From Mobula hypostoma (lineage: Eukaryota), in contig NC_086097.1 of NCBI RefSeq assembly GCF_963921235.1, positions 224,628,001 to 224,692,000 on the forward strand: a stretch of DNA of 64,000 nt, given 5' to 3'. The notes below the pieces were generated by a model. The model ran no database searches. It worked only from the letters and a program-made list of their open reading frames with translations, and had not been told where the DNA came from. The position numbers and the translations under genes were made by a program. Below, piece by piece: positions 25,486 through 38,850 of this stretch. The first letter of the stretch is position 1, and every line of letters begins with the position of its first letter.

Positions 25486-27439
25486 ATAACCATAACAGAA
25501 TCAATGAAAGACTGCACCAACTTGGGCAATCAACCACTGCAAAAGACAGCAAACTGTGCAAATACAAAAAAGGAGGAATAATAATAAATAAGTAAATAAT
25601 AAGTATTGAGAACATGAGATGAAGAGTCCTTGAAAGTAAGTGCACTGGTTGTGGGAGCCTTTCAAAGATGCAGCAAGTGAAATTATTCCCTTTGGTTCAA
25701 GATCCTAGTGGAAAACACTTAATCACTGGATAGATATCACTAGGCAATAGTCACTGAGGCAGGTCACCATACTTCTCTTGGCACCAGTATAACTGAAGCC
25801 TGCTTGATGCAGGTGGGTACCCCAGACTAGCAAGAGGTTAAAGATCTTAGTGAATACTCAGCCATTTGATCAGCACAGGTCTTTAATATTTGGCTAAATA
25901 CACCATCTGGGCTGGATGGTTTTCATGGATTGACCCTCCTGAAGGCTGCTCGCACATCAGCTTCAGAGACTGAAATCACAGGACCAGCAAGGGCTATGAG
26001 AGCTTCTGATGGTTCCCCCATGTTTTGATGGTCAAAGCAAGCATAGAAGCCATTGAGCTCAGCTGGAAGCAAAGCCCTGCTGTCGTCCATGTCGCTTGAA
26101 TTACTTTTATAAGAGGTGGTAGTATTGAAGCCCTGGCACAACTGTTGAGCATCTTCTGTTGAATCAAGTTTTGCCTGGTATTGCCACTTAAGCTGTGAGA
26201 TGGATTTCTGGAGACTACCTGGATCTCTTATAGCTCATTTGGTCACTAGACTTTGATATGACTCTGCAGATTGTGGATTTCATGTTTCATCCAGGGCTTC
26301 TGACTGGGGAAGACTCTGAATTTTTTTTTTGTGGAGAGTGTGACCTAACCCCATGTACTTGCACCATGCTGAGGGAGTATCATTGACAACATGCAGACAA
26401 TATTACTGTACAGCTTAAAACATGGTGCTTGATGCTGTTTTGAAATTTGGTTACTGATATATCAAGATAATTTTACCAAATCTCCTATTCCCTGCATCTG
26501 AGTGCCAGATAAAGCAGGTTTGGAATATTCTGTATTATGCACAACTGAACTATTTAAATTGGCTGGTGGTGCACACAGCTGGATATTTGAATTGGAATAT
26601 TTGTTTTAATCTAATATTGACCCCAAACTGTTACTCGGGCAGCTCATGTAAATTGATTTTCCTGATCCTGATAACTCAGGTGTAGAATTCAAGCTCCTTC
26701 GAATTCAACATATCCATCTGCATAACTGCTCAGCATTCAACAGCATAAGCGTAATGCTGTAAGCTTCAGTATTTGGACACACTGCAGTGTAATTCAGCAG
26801 GTTATAAATGTTTTTCTCACCTTCTGTAGTTTCAGCTGGCACAAATCTGTGTCTGACTGTCAGGAGGCTGTCATTGTTTCCTCAACCAGGCACTCTGCTC
26901 TGTTTTCATTGGGTGCTTGACTAGAACCTGGGCCAAAAACAATTGAGTATCATCAGGACCATACCAGGAAATTTCAAGGGTCAGGCAGTTTGCCACTGAG
27001 ACTTGTGTGTGTGGTGCTGTAAAGCTGTTACCATTTTCAAACTGTGCTGCATGTTGTGGAGCTTTCTAATAGATTTACTGAAAGTGCCAGGTTTTGTTGG
27101 TATTGCAAGTTGACTTAGAAAATATCACCTTAAATGGGATTTTTCATGTGATCAATAAACAAATAAATAAACAAACAAGATAATAGTCACAATAAGGTAG
27201 AAAAGCACAGATGTCTCTTATTACTACTCCCACCATAGTCTTGAAAGTAATCATCAGGGAAAGCTGAACAATTTTGATCCTATGAGTTAATCAGTTGCTT
27301 TTCTCTTTAAAAGGAGAAATGAAGAAATCTTTAGTGAGTAAGGCTCACAGAGGTAGTTTGTCCAGAAAGTTGGAAATTGAGGATGAAGATGTTTTTAATG
27401 ATTGTATTTCCAAATAGTTAATCATGAAGCAACGTGTCA

Positions 27440-29170
27440 TAGCCTCACATACAAAGTGCTGGAAGAACTCAGCTGTTCAGGCAAAATCTATGGAAGTGAA
27501 TAAACAGTCCAATGTTTTGGGCTGGGATTGTTTGTCAGGACTGGAAGGGAAGGGGGAAAGGACAATTAAGGGGAAGGGAAGGAGTACAAGATGGAAAGTG
27601 GTAGGTGAAGCCAGGTGGGTGGGAGGGGAATGAAGTAAGAAGCTGGGAGGTGATGGGTGTAAAAGGTAAATGGCAGCAGAAGGAATCTGATAGAGGAGAG
27701 TGAACCATGGGAGAAAGTGAATGAGGAGGAGCACCAGAAGGTGGTGATAGGCAGGTGAGGAAAAGGGATAAGAGGCAGAGTGGGGAGTTGAAGAGGGAAG
27801 GGAGAGGGAGAAAATTACTGGAAGTTGGAAAATTTGATGTTTATGCCACAGGTTGGAGGCTACCTGGATGCAATGAGGTGTTGCTCCTCTAACCTGAGTG
27901 ACCTTATTGTGTCACTAGGGGGAGGCCATGGATTGACGTGTCAGAATGGGAATGGGGAATGGAATTAAAATGATTTCCCACTGGAAAATCTGGCTTTTTG
28001 CACATGGAATGAAAGTTTTCAACAAGGCAGTTCCCCAATCTATTTTGGGTCTCCAATGTCAGTCCATTTTGGGAGCACCAGATAGAGTAGACAACCCTAA
28101 AAGATTCCCAAGTAAAGTGTTGCCTCACCTTGAAGGACTGTTTGGGGCCCTGAATAGAGGTGAGGGAGGAGGTGAATGGCAAGTGTAGCACTTCTCCTGC
28201 TTGCAGAGATAAGTGCCAGGAGAGAGTTTAGTGGGGAGAGATGAATGGACGAGGGAATCACGGAGGAACCAATCTCTGCGGAAAGCAGGAAGTGTAGGGA
28301 GGGTGTGCAGGAAAAGATGTGTTTGGTGGTAGGGTCCCATCGAAGATGGCAGAAATTGCATGTGGTGGATGTGAAGACTTGTGGGATGGTGGGTGAGGAC
28401 AAGAGGAACTCTATCCCTGCCTAGAGAGATCGAGAAAAAAGTAGAAGAGTGTCAGAAATAGACCAAGTGAATTTAAGGGCAGGGTGGAAGTTGGAGGCAA
28501 AGTTGATGAAATCGATGATTTCAGCATGGGTGCATAAAGCAGCACCAGCACAGTTGTCAATGTAGTGCAAAAAGAGTTGAACATTACTAGGAAAGGTTTA
28601 GAACATGGAAAGTGGGTGGAGCTGACTGAGTGTGAGGGCCAGTTCTGCCAGAAGGAGGAAGATGGTGGTTGTAGGGAACTGTTTGAGTTGTTGTCCAGAA
28701 AGAAGCAGAGAGCTTTGAGGCTGCTTTGATATAGGGACTGGACATCCATGATGAAAACGAGGCTGAGTTGTTTCCTGGCCTCAACAATGTAGAGATCAGT
28801 CCACCAGACTACAACAGTCCCTCTTTTGCCTGTGGGTTTGCTGGTGAGGTTGGGATTGGTGCAGAGAGAGCAGAGGGCAGTGTGTTCAGAGTAAGTAAGT
28901 CAATGTATCGTTGGCAATTAGAGATGAGAAGATCCAGAGCAGGCAGAAAACTAGAGCAGGGTGTCCAAGAGGAGGGTTGGAGACAACCTTCTGTTTTCCA
29001 CTTCTTTGATCACCAAGCAAGCTGTATGTAACAGTTTTCTTTGTGTGACCCACATTTCCCACAGATCCAATGATACAATGAGGGACAGGCAGGAGAATGA
29101 CTGACAGCTTGAAACGACAGGGTGCCAGGATTGGAGGTGAGAGCCGATTTTGCTCATTCTCTGTGATGGT
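27440..29170 (-). mobile_element. Degraded Penelope-like element (RT to pseudo-LTR)
   Basis: MDVQSLY RT motif, PGTYLCKQEKCYTC linker, RQHFTWESFRVVYSIWC GIY-YIG region, decayed hammerhead ~27506-27542. Confidence 0.85.
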
Positions 29171-30689
29171 TATCTCCATGGGACTGAGGCTATGAAGACT
29201 GTCAGGCTGCTGTGCTCCATGCCTGCTAATATGGTGATCTGATAAATGAAGCTCTGGGCTGACTCTGGGCTGCTGCAGGGTTTAAATCTGAGGACTCCGT
29301 TTCGGTTTGGAATGCTGTTCACCTCAGTTGTTTACATGATTTATATAAGTTTTCTCTTCACATTGGGTTAGTCTTATTTTTATTCTTTTTATTTAGTGGT
29401 GTTCCTTTGGGTTTATTGCTTTGTAGCTACCTATGAGCAAGCAAATCTCAAGGTTGTATAATTTATACGTTCTTTGATAATAAATGAATCTTGAGATGAT
29501 GAGCATCTAGAAGGGAGAGGTGATTCCATTGAATCTTCCAGCCACGTTTCTCTGCATAAACTTTGGCAGGACAAAGAGTTTCAGTACTAGACACCAGTCT
29601 GGGCATTTTCACCTTGGGTACACTGGCAATTGGATGTGACACTAGAGGAATAGGTATGACAGCCGTGTTTCGTGTGGAGTCAAAGGAAAAGCTGCAAATG
29701 ACTTTCAAGTTAAAGGATGCAAAGTGCACCAATAGTAATCTGAAAAGAAACATACTTGTCAAATTCTACCTTTACCCATGGGTTCTGATGTCACTGGCAT
29801 ATATGGCACTTCAGTCTCCAGTTAGCAACAATAAAGGACCACTTATTTCTTCATAGTTCCAATAGGACATGCGGCAGCTCCATAGAAACCTGGACTAGAC
29901 TTGACAAAAACATATGGCAGCTCCACAAACCAAGTAGAGAGTGACATCTTCACAAATGGGCAGACTTCCTGATAGTAGCTGGAGCACCCCTCTGAATAGT
30001 GGCCATTGTTGGAAGTGTTTGTTGCAAAAGTATGGGTTCCCGTGAATATATACTCATCTTGTGGGTTGTAGCAAGAGCTCATAGCTGTGATTAGATCAGC
30101 ATGGTGCTACAGTTGTTACAGCTGTTGCTACCTCACACCTCCACAGACATGTGCAGTATCCTGTAGTTTGTGTGGATTTTCCACATCCTTCCTGATGCTG
30201 TGTGGGTTTCCACTGGATATTCTTGTCTCCTCTCATCTCCCAAAGGTACTTTCAAGTTGCCTAAATCAGTGTTTACAATGTAGTCGACATGTCATTCCAT
30301 TGCCAATTTCCACAACAAATTCATGTTGCATCTTGTTCTAAAGTACTTTATGTATTTCAGTGCTGAACCATTTGGTGACACTTACTTTATTTTACAGCTT
30401 ATCCCTGAGAAGTTAGAGCCAATAGTATCACAAAGCCTCTATTACCAGTGCTTAAATACAGCCTGCCAAAAGTCTTTCATTGCCACTTTTTACAATAATA
30501 CTTTGTTACTTGTCTGTAGTATTTTGTGTTCCATGGTGCTGAATTGTTTGGTAACTGATAGGTTTATTGGCTTCTGCAATTTATTTCTTAGTGCAGGTAA
30601 GTTTCAAAAGGGGCTTGATGGGCATGTATGTGTGTATGTATGAGAGGGATGGCAACTTATCGATGGGACATGTGGCCTGTAGCATATTT

Positions 30690-30965
30690 TATCTATTATT
30701 TTAGAAATACAACGCAGAACTGACCCTTCTGACTCAGTGAGCTGCTCTGCCAGTAACCCACCTAACTCAATCACAGGACCATCTACAATGAGCAATTAGC
30801 CTAGTAGCCAGCACATTTGGACGGTGGGTGGAAACCGGACAACCAGGAGGAGCCCCATGCGTTCCACAGGGAGGACGTACAAGCTCATTTCAGACGACGC
30901 TGGGATTGCACTAGAGCTCTGACATCCTGAGCTGTAATAGCATCACTCCTAACTGATCTGCAACT
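30690..30965 (-). mobile_element. V-SINE-like SINE
   Basis: ggtgggtggaaaccggacaaccaggaggagccccatgcgttccacagggaggacgtacaa reversed V-domain. Confidence 0.7.
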
Positions 30966-30984
30966 GTGTGCCATAAACCTGCCA

Positions 30985-31425
30985 ACCCATCAAGGTAGCA
31001 CCTTGAAGTAAATGCCATCTTGGGTACTAGCCTACAAAGTACCCAGGACACCTTCAAGGAGCGGTGTCTGTGAAAGGCAGCGTCCATTATTAAGGACCTC
31101 CAGCACCCAGGGCATGCCCTTTTCTCACTGTTACCATCAGGTAGGAGATACAGAAGCCTGAAGGCACACACTCAGATTCAGGAACAGCTTCTTCCCCTCT
31201 GCCATCTGATTCCAAAATGGACATTGAACCCTTGGACACCACCTCACTTTTTCTAATATACAGTATTTGTTTTTGCATGATTTTAATCTATTCAATATAT
31301 GCATACTGTTTAAAGTATACAGAATAAGATTTATTTATTTTTCCTTCTATATGTATTGCATTGAACTGCTGCTTCTGTTAACAAATTTCACGTCATATGC
31401 CAGTGATAATAAACCTGATTCTGAT
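30985..31425 (+). mobile_element. Rex1/Babar LINE 3' end
   Basis: CL(R)KAASIIKDLQHPGHALFSLLPSGRRYRSLK motif; aataaacctgattctga tail. Confidence 0.85.
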
Positions 31426-32079
31426 CTGTTAATATTGCTCCCTTGCAGCATTATTATGCAGATTTCAAAAATTGCAAAGTAACTTAAGGTAGTTGTCTTA
31501 ATATCATCTCCGAAAGAGTATGCAATAGCTGAGAAGCACTGCAATTACCCATTAAATGTGTGCCTGAGATGCAACCTTGTTGACATTGAGGTAATCTATG
31601 GAATGATTGTGTGCCGTTAAAATTTGAGTGAAGTAATAAAGCACATTGACATGGATAGATCTGTAGGGGTGGTTGGGTGTGCTTGTGCAACTTGCACAAT
31701 GGGTAAGGGCTTATTTTCATTGCATCTTTGCTGGCACAAGCTATTCTAATGCACATCGACTCTTTAAGGCTTTTCTGTGGGCTGTGAGTTATGTCCCTGG
31801 AGGTTTGACTCACTCTTCCTCAGTTTGTTCATGGGGAGTGGCTTGTGTGTCTGTCCATTATCCCAGACTATTTAAACTCAGAAACTGGTCACCTGGAGCC
31901 TTGAAGTAACCTGTCGAAATTAACCTTAATTCATTACAAGTAGGAAACCCGTATCACCATTAGCTCTATATCCGGTTAATAAATAAAGGAATTTAACTGC
32001 AAGGGACAATTCACATGATTCTGCTGAGGAAAATGCCTTGAGTGTCTTCTCTTATTATGCTACCTTGCTCAAACAAATT

Positions 32080-33075
32080 CTTCCATTTTCACTTAGCTGT
32101 TCTCATGATGAGGCTTCCCATCCTGGAATATCTGAACTGTCCTTTTACAAAGAATAAAGTTTCCATTCTGCCACTTTTGTTGCCATCACCCACATCTCCT
32201 CTATTTCGCACACATTTGCCCACACCCAATCATCCTGCCATAATAACAAGGACCTTGTCCTTGCCTACCACCCCATGAGCCTCTGTATTCAGCACATCAT
32301 TGTCCATAACTCTGCCTTCTACAGCAGTATCCTACCACTAAACACTTTTCCCCAGCCCTCTCCTCCCCTCATTCTCCACTTTCTGCAGGGAACACTCTAA
32401 AGTGTCTCCCTTGTCCATTCATCCCTCCCCACTGATCTCCCTCCTGGCACTTATCCCTCAAACAGGACATGTGCTACACCAGTCCCTACACCCCTTCTCT
32501 CATCAAAATTTAGGGCCCTTAATAGTTCTTCTAGGTGAGATGACACTTCACCTGTTTGTTAGGATCATCTACTGTATCCAGAGCCTGTGGTGTGGCCTTC
32601 TGTATATCAATGTGATCTGATGTAGATTGGGAACTGCTTTAGTGAGCACCTTTGCTCCATCCACCAAAAAAGGCAGAATTTCTTGGTGGCCTCTACTGCC
32701 ATGCTGAGGCCATATTCAGCTTGGTAGAATAACACCTCATAATGCCTCCACCAGATGGGATGAAAATTGATTTCTCCAATTTCAGTAATTTCTCTACTCT
32801 CCTTTCTCTCCATTCCTAATTCTGGCTCTCCTCTCACCCCTTGTCTTCTCACTTGCATCTTTCTGATTTTCCTCTTTCCTTTTCTTTCAAGGTCCATTAT
32901 CCTCTCCTATCCAATCATCTACCAGCTTCTCTCCCCCACCCCCCACCCAAGCCCCACCTTCTTATTCTGGCCTATTTCCCCTTTTGCACTCCTGATGAAG
33001 GGTCTCAGCCTGAAATGTTGACTGTTTATTCCCCTCCAAAGACACTGTCTCACTTGGAGCTCCTCCAGCACTGTT
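32080..33075 (+). mobile_element. Degraded Penelope-like element 3' part with hammerhead at 32988-33023
   Basis: RIIYCIQSLWCGLLYIN (GIY-YIG); CTGATGAAGGGTCTCAGCCTGAAATGTTGACT. Confidence 0.8.
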
Positions 33076-33864
33076 GCTCAAGAAATGCCTTAATTTAGCA
33101 TAGTATTTAGACCCATTTCAGTCACAGAATGAAGCACTAGAAACTGATTGCCATTAATTATAATATTATCCATGATTCTCTGGTCCTCTTTTAGAAAATG
33201 GTTTGAAAAAATGTTGTTTCAATGCTGTTTCTCAAAGTTCTGTGATCGTTGAGCCAAATTTTTAATGTAACATTGGTGTTGGCAGACCAAGAGGAAGGAG
33301 AAATATTTTGAGCATTGGGGCATGATGACAATTTCAGACATTGGCCAATGACCTCATTTGATGGAAAGAAAGCAAATAAATGATTCTCATTAGTGACATT
33401 GAGGAAGGTAATATTGTTTATGCTTTCAGTGATATATGAGCAACAGTAAGCCAATTGACCTCATTCATCATTCATTGTTTATGGTGTCCACCAACATAAC
33501 CCCTGATATCCTTGCTCAACAACACTATATTGGAAGGATACTGCATACTTGCAGGATATCTTCTAGATTTCCTTTTTTTTTTGTAAAGGAACACTTTCAA
33601 TTCCCTCTTAAGTAGACTGCCTCTTGTATTCAGACTATGCCTTCTGGTTGTAAATTCTCTCCTTCAGAGGAAATATCTACCCTTTCAAAATGTCCTGATG
33701 CAATTAATTGTTCCTTTTTCCTCCACAGATGCTGCTGAAGCTGTTGAATTCCTCAAAGTTTGTTTTGTTGCTCCAGTCTCCAGCATTTTCAGCCCCTTCT
33801 GTCTCCATTCTGCAACTCCACTATGAATTCTCTTCAAGGATGCAGCTTTTAAAGGTCTCCTCTG

Positions 33865-34050
33865 TAAAGGAAGGGGGAAGACACCAGAATAAAAAGCTAG
33901 GAGGAAGGGACTTCCCCCTTCTCAGACCTGAAGAAGGGTCTTGGCCTGAAATGTTGACTTTATTTATTTTCATACACTGCTTGACCTGCTGATTTCTTCC
34001 AGCATTTTGTCTGTTGCTTTGGATTTCCAAGATCTGCAGATTTTCTTGTT
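33865..34050 (+). mobile_element. Penelope pseudo-LTR remnant with hammerhead at 33924-33959
   Basis: AGAC CTGAAGA AGGGTCTTGGCCT GAAA TGTT GACT followed by the pLTR tail ...ctgcagattttcttgt. Confidence 0.75.
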
Positions 34051-34059
34051 TTTGAATTA

Positions 34060-35250
34060 ACGTAAACCATACATGATGTAACTGTGCAAAATAAACATCA
34101 GAATAAATATCATATTAGTACAACTTTGAGAGGAAAAAATAGGCAGTCTGAGGTAATGTTAAGGTTTTTCAGGTTGGTTGAAAGCCTGATGACAGTGGGG
34201 GGAAAAGGGCAATTGTTGAAACTTGAGGATGGGACTTCAGGCTTCTATTCCTCCTGCTTCAAGAAGAGGCCATGAGTCTCATTAGGAGAGAGCAGCACAC
34301 TGTGCGTGCGTAGCCCTCCTGTGAAAAATGATATCGTATCTGTTAAATAGGGGCCGTGGACAATTGTGATTTGATGGAGGGATGTGAAAGCACAGGAACA
34401 TCTGGAGAAATTTCTGAAACGCCCGTTTGCTGCTGTTATGGCGTGGTCAGGAATCTTCCGGGAGTAGGCCTCAAAATCCCTGGCTTTGTCTGCTGTTGGT
34501 GACTGAGATTGAGGCTGAATCGTTTGGACAGAGATGGCACTCGTACTCGGTGTTGGAGAGCTGACTAGAGCTCGAAGTTTTTGGATGACTCAGACAGACT
34601 GTGGTCGGCATGGCAGGGAGAGTTTTTCTTCCTTCTGTCTGCGTGAGATGTGGGACATTTGAGAGACTTTGAACTTTTACTGTGCTCATGGACTTCATGA
34701 AGTTATGGTATTGTTGCACTGTTGTAACTGTTATAATGTGATTTTTGTCAGTTTTTTCAGTTTTTGTCCGTCCTGTTTTGTGATATCATACTGGAGGAAA
34801 TACTGTATCATTTTTTAATGCATGCATTACTAAATGACAAGAGGACTGTCTTCATAATCTAATGATATGGATTGCGTGCACCCTGATGATGGATGCTATC
34901 TTCCAGAGACTGTCTCTTGGAGATGTCCTGGATAAGAACTGTTCCCATGATGAATTAACCGACTGCACTCCATGAGGCCGCTTGATTTCTTGTGCATTAG
35001 TTTCCATATGAGAATATTGATGCAAACAATCAATGCTTTTTATCTATACATCTGTAGAAGTTTATCAGTGTCTTTAGTGACATGCCAGATTACCTTAAGA
35101 AAGCAGAGATGCTGGTATGATTTCTTCATGCTTGCATCTGTTTGCTGGGCCCAGGATCAATCCTGAGATGCTGACAACCAGGAAGTTGAAGATGCTTACC
35201 CTTTCCACCCACAGACCCTTCAATGAGGACTGGCCCACCTGACCTTCCCT
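34060..35250 (-). mobile_element. Degraded Rex1 LINE with inserted element at ~34272-34863
   Basis: Rex1 3' sequence interrupted at aagaagaggccatg and resuming ~34865; LIVDFRK motif at ~35260. Confidence 0.6.
34272..34863 (+). mobile_element. Non-coding retroposon with Rex1-like 3' tail
   Basis: No ORF; 3' end ...ctggaggaaatactgtatcatttt...aaatgacaa...(taatc)n resembles Rex1 tails elsewhere in the window. Confidence 0.5.
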
Positions 35251-35654
35251 TCCTAAAGTCCACAATCAGCCTACAATGATTGATGCTAGTGGGTGTTTGG
35301 GCTGAGACTAATAGCTGAATACAGCAGCCATGAATAATCCATTGTAGTAGGCAGACTGCACAATCCAAGCAGCAGAACTTCTGTTTTCAGACACAGATGA
35401 CACACCCTGTAGTATATCTTGCACATAGATGGTTCTGTATACTGCTCTGCCTGAGTATTTTGTTCCTGATTGAAGTAGCTGACATTTCACCTGCAACAGT
35501 GGCTCAGGTGCACAGGGACAAATAAGATTGAATAGTATGAAGGAATCACAATCATTGTCAAGGTAATGGAGTCACTATCAGTGGTAACCTCGACACCTGC
35601 GCAGTGAGGCACAATTCCTTTCAGGCAAATAACCAAATCCTGACAAGGCACATT

Positions 35655-36235
35655 TGAATTTATTTAAATCTTTCTTCCATCCCACAATGTGAGGGAGTAA
35701 AATTCTTTGCATTATGACTTTATTGCAATGTACTGATATGTGATTATTATAAGTCTAAGGGTTTGTAGAAAGAAGCTGTCTCATAGCCAGTTGGACCTGG
35801 CTCTAATACTGTGGTACCATTTGCCAGACAGAAGCAGTTGAAACAATTTATGGCTGGGGTGGCTGGTGTCCCTGATTATCTTCCAGGCCTTCTTGACACC
35901 TGCTGTAAGTGTCCTCAATGGAGTGAAGTTCACATCCACAGATGTGCTGGGCCATCTGTACCACTCTCTACAGTGCCCAGCATTCAAGGCTGGTGTAGTT
36001 CCTGTACCAGGCAGTGATAGTCAGTCAGGATGCTCTCAATGGTGCCGCTGTAGAAGGTCTTTAGAATTCGAGGGCTCAGGCTGAACTTCAGTTGCCTGAG
36101 GTGGAAGAGCAACAAAGCCAGTGTGATGTGTATTCCAAGGAACTTGAAACTACTCACCCTCTCGGCTGCAGACCCATTGATGTTGATTGGGGCAAGCCTG
36201 TCTCTGTTCCTCCTGTAATCCATGATCAGCACATG
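35655..36235 (-). mobile_element. Rex1/Babar LINE 3' fragment
   Basis: MDYRRN...INGSAAERVSSFKFLGIHIT...FYSGTIESILT; SHPSHKLFQLLLSGK. Confidence 0.85.
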
Positions 36236-37689
36236 TAAGATGTGTCCAGTCAATAGTACCACTGCACCAAAGTTTTCTCAGACTTATTTCTTCCCAGGAG
36301 AACTGAGACAAATTTACATTTGTGATTTGAGAGCTCCTGTGACCTCCACAAATTCTCCAACACATCCTGGAAGGAGTTGGAGGTACATGAAGAGCTACTG
36401 TCAGTTTGTCAGCCATGAATACCACTATCCTTGGCTTGAAGATTTCAGAATCATAATCAGCTTTCTTGTGAGGTACAATTTGTTGGTTTGTGGTAGCAAT
36501 GTACTGCAAAGACTCAATTACTATAAATATGTAAATAGTATGAGAAAAAGAAGCATTCATGTTTTCATAGACTGTGCAGAACTCTGATAATGGAGGCAGA
36601 GAAAATGCTTCTCAATCACTGAATGGAGCTCTTCAGGCTCCTGTACCACCACCTCAATGGTAGTAATGAGAAGCAGGCACATACCTGGTGGTGAGAGTCC
36701 TGACTTCTGTGAAATGCAAATACCTCAGATTATTATCCTTGCTGTAATCAAGGGGGTGGAATGGTTACCCCCTGTAGACATGCACCACTGAGACCCCTTC
36801 TCCCCCTTCTCCTTCTGCATGATCAGAACCTTGTCTTAGTCAATTTGGCCTCCCTTCATTCCCTTAGTTGTTCTCACTTTCAAATGTTAGGGGTTCAGAC
36901 CACCCACATCTGGAAACAGCTTACTTTAAGACATTTTTAAACCCACAGGAAAATGAATGTTAGCCAGAACTCTTGTCAAGTACAGGAATGCTCCAAGAGG
37001 TGCCCACAGTTGCCTCACGAGCCAGAAGAAATAACCCAGAAACTATCCTGTTGGTTATTCTTGATCAGTTCAAAGAGCACTGACAGTGAGTGTTGAGGGA
37101 GTCCTCCATTCACATTGACATTGCATTCAGCTGTACAGTTTGGAAGTTGCATTCAAAATGGACAGTGCTGGCATTGTCAGCCATGTCTACTGGATTATGT
37201 TATGATCTGCCTGCTGGTGATTGACAATGTGACATCAAACTCCTTTACTGAGATGCTTACTGATATTCTACCAGATTGAAGTGTGCTTTTGCATCTTAGA
37301 TTATGCTTGCAAATGTCTAGAGGGCGTGTAACTCTGGAAAAACAGCAGTTTCTCCCTCTTCAGAACGATTGGGAGAATAGGAAAAGGAGGCACAAAATAT
37401 TAGGCTCAAACTTTTTCATAAAAATAGGAATAGTAAAACTATAGTCAAGGGAAAGTTAAGACTACAAAAGGAATAAAGAGACTTACAGATGCAGAGGGGA
37501 CAGCTGATGAATTCAATTAATAAATTAAATGAGCAGATTGCAAGTCTTCAAAATTTAAAAATGCCATCAATGTCACAAAGGGATATAATGATGAAACTGA
37601 ACAGGTTAAAATTGATAAGGAAATTGTAAGACCGTTGGTGGTTCTGGTGGGATAAAGCAAGAATATTGAAGGAAATGGAGCCACAAGGA

Positions 37690-38425
37690 CCATAGAACAC
37701 CACAGAAAACAGGCCATTCGGCCTTTCTAGGATGTGCCGAAACATTATTCCGCTAGTCCCATTGACCTGCACCCAATCCATAACCCTCCAGACCTCTCCC
37801 ATCCATGTATCTATCCAATTTATTCTTAAAACTTAAGAGAGCCTGCATTTACTACGTCAGATGGCAGCTTGTTCCACACTCCCACCACTCAGTGAAGAAG
37901 TTCCCCCTAAACCTTGCCCCTTTCACCCTAAAGCCATGTCCTCTCGTATTTATCTCTCCTAATCTAAGTGGAAAGAGCTTAGTCACATTTACTGTCTATA
38001 CCCCTCATAACTTAGTAAACCTGTATCAAATCTCCCCTCATTCTTCTACGCTCCAAGGAATAAAGTCTTAACCTGTTCAATCTTTCCCTGTAACTCAACT
38101 CCTGAAGACCTGGCAACGTCCTAGTAAATCTTCTCTGCACTCTTTCAATCTTACTGATATCCTTCCTATAGTTAGGTGACCAGAGCTGTACACAATACTC
38201 AAGTTGCTGGTGAACACAACAGGCCAGGCAGCATCTCTAGGAAGAGGTACAGTCAATGTTTGTGTGTTGCTTGAATTTCCATCAGCTGCAGACTTCCTGC
38301 TCTTTACACAATCCTCCAATTTTGGCCTCACCAATGTCTTGTACAACCTCCTATAACATCCTAACTCATATACTCAATACTTTGATTGTGAATGCCAGGA
38401 TGCCAAAAGCCACCTTTACAACCCT
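37690..38425 (-). mobile_element. CR1 3' fragment with mini Penelope insertion at 38201-38304
   Basis: YKTLVRPKLEDC; insertion flanked by tacacaat(a/c)ctc duplication (38189-38200, 38305-38316). Confidence 0.85.
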
Positions 38426-38850
38426 GCCAGATGCTGAAAATCTGATGCAGTGAACAAAATGTTGGAGAAACTCAACAGGTCTCGCAACCTCTGGGATGGA
38501 AGTGGAACAGTCAAAGTTTTGGCACTAGACCTACATCAGGACTAGAAAGAGGGAGATAACTAATATAAGAAGGTGGGTGAGAGATGGAGCAAGAAGTTGC
38601 AGATGAGAAGTGAGAGCACTTGTAGTCAGGTAAGGGGGGAGTGGAAATGATGTAAGAAGTTGAGAGGTAATAGGTGGAAGTGATAAAGGGCTGAAGAAAC
38701 TGAAATCTGATTGGTAAAGACAGAAGCATGGAATAAAGGGAAGGAAGTGATGAGGCTAACTGGTGGAATGAATGTATTAGAGATGAGATGATTGAGAAAA
38801 TTGAGAAATTTGATGGGAATGAGATGTGGTGCTGGAGGGGTAGGATGTAG
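38425..38850 (-). mobile_element. Old Penelope pseudo-LTR with decayed hammerhead (~38508-38543)
   Basis: cagatgctgaaaatctg...ggagaaactcaacaggtc; minus agtcCTGATGTaggtctagtgccAAAActttgact. Confidence 0.65.

Larger units (their letters stand above)
22887..26330 (-). mobile_element. Rex1/Babar LINE (22887-23010 and 25485-26330), split by CR1
   Basis: Tail at 22887 resumes at ~25485; LPAELNGFYACFD...VSEADVRAAFRRVNP pre-RT motif. Confidence 0.75.
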
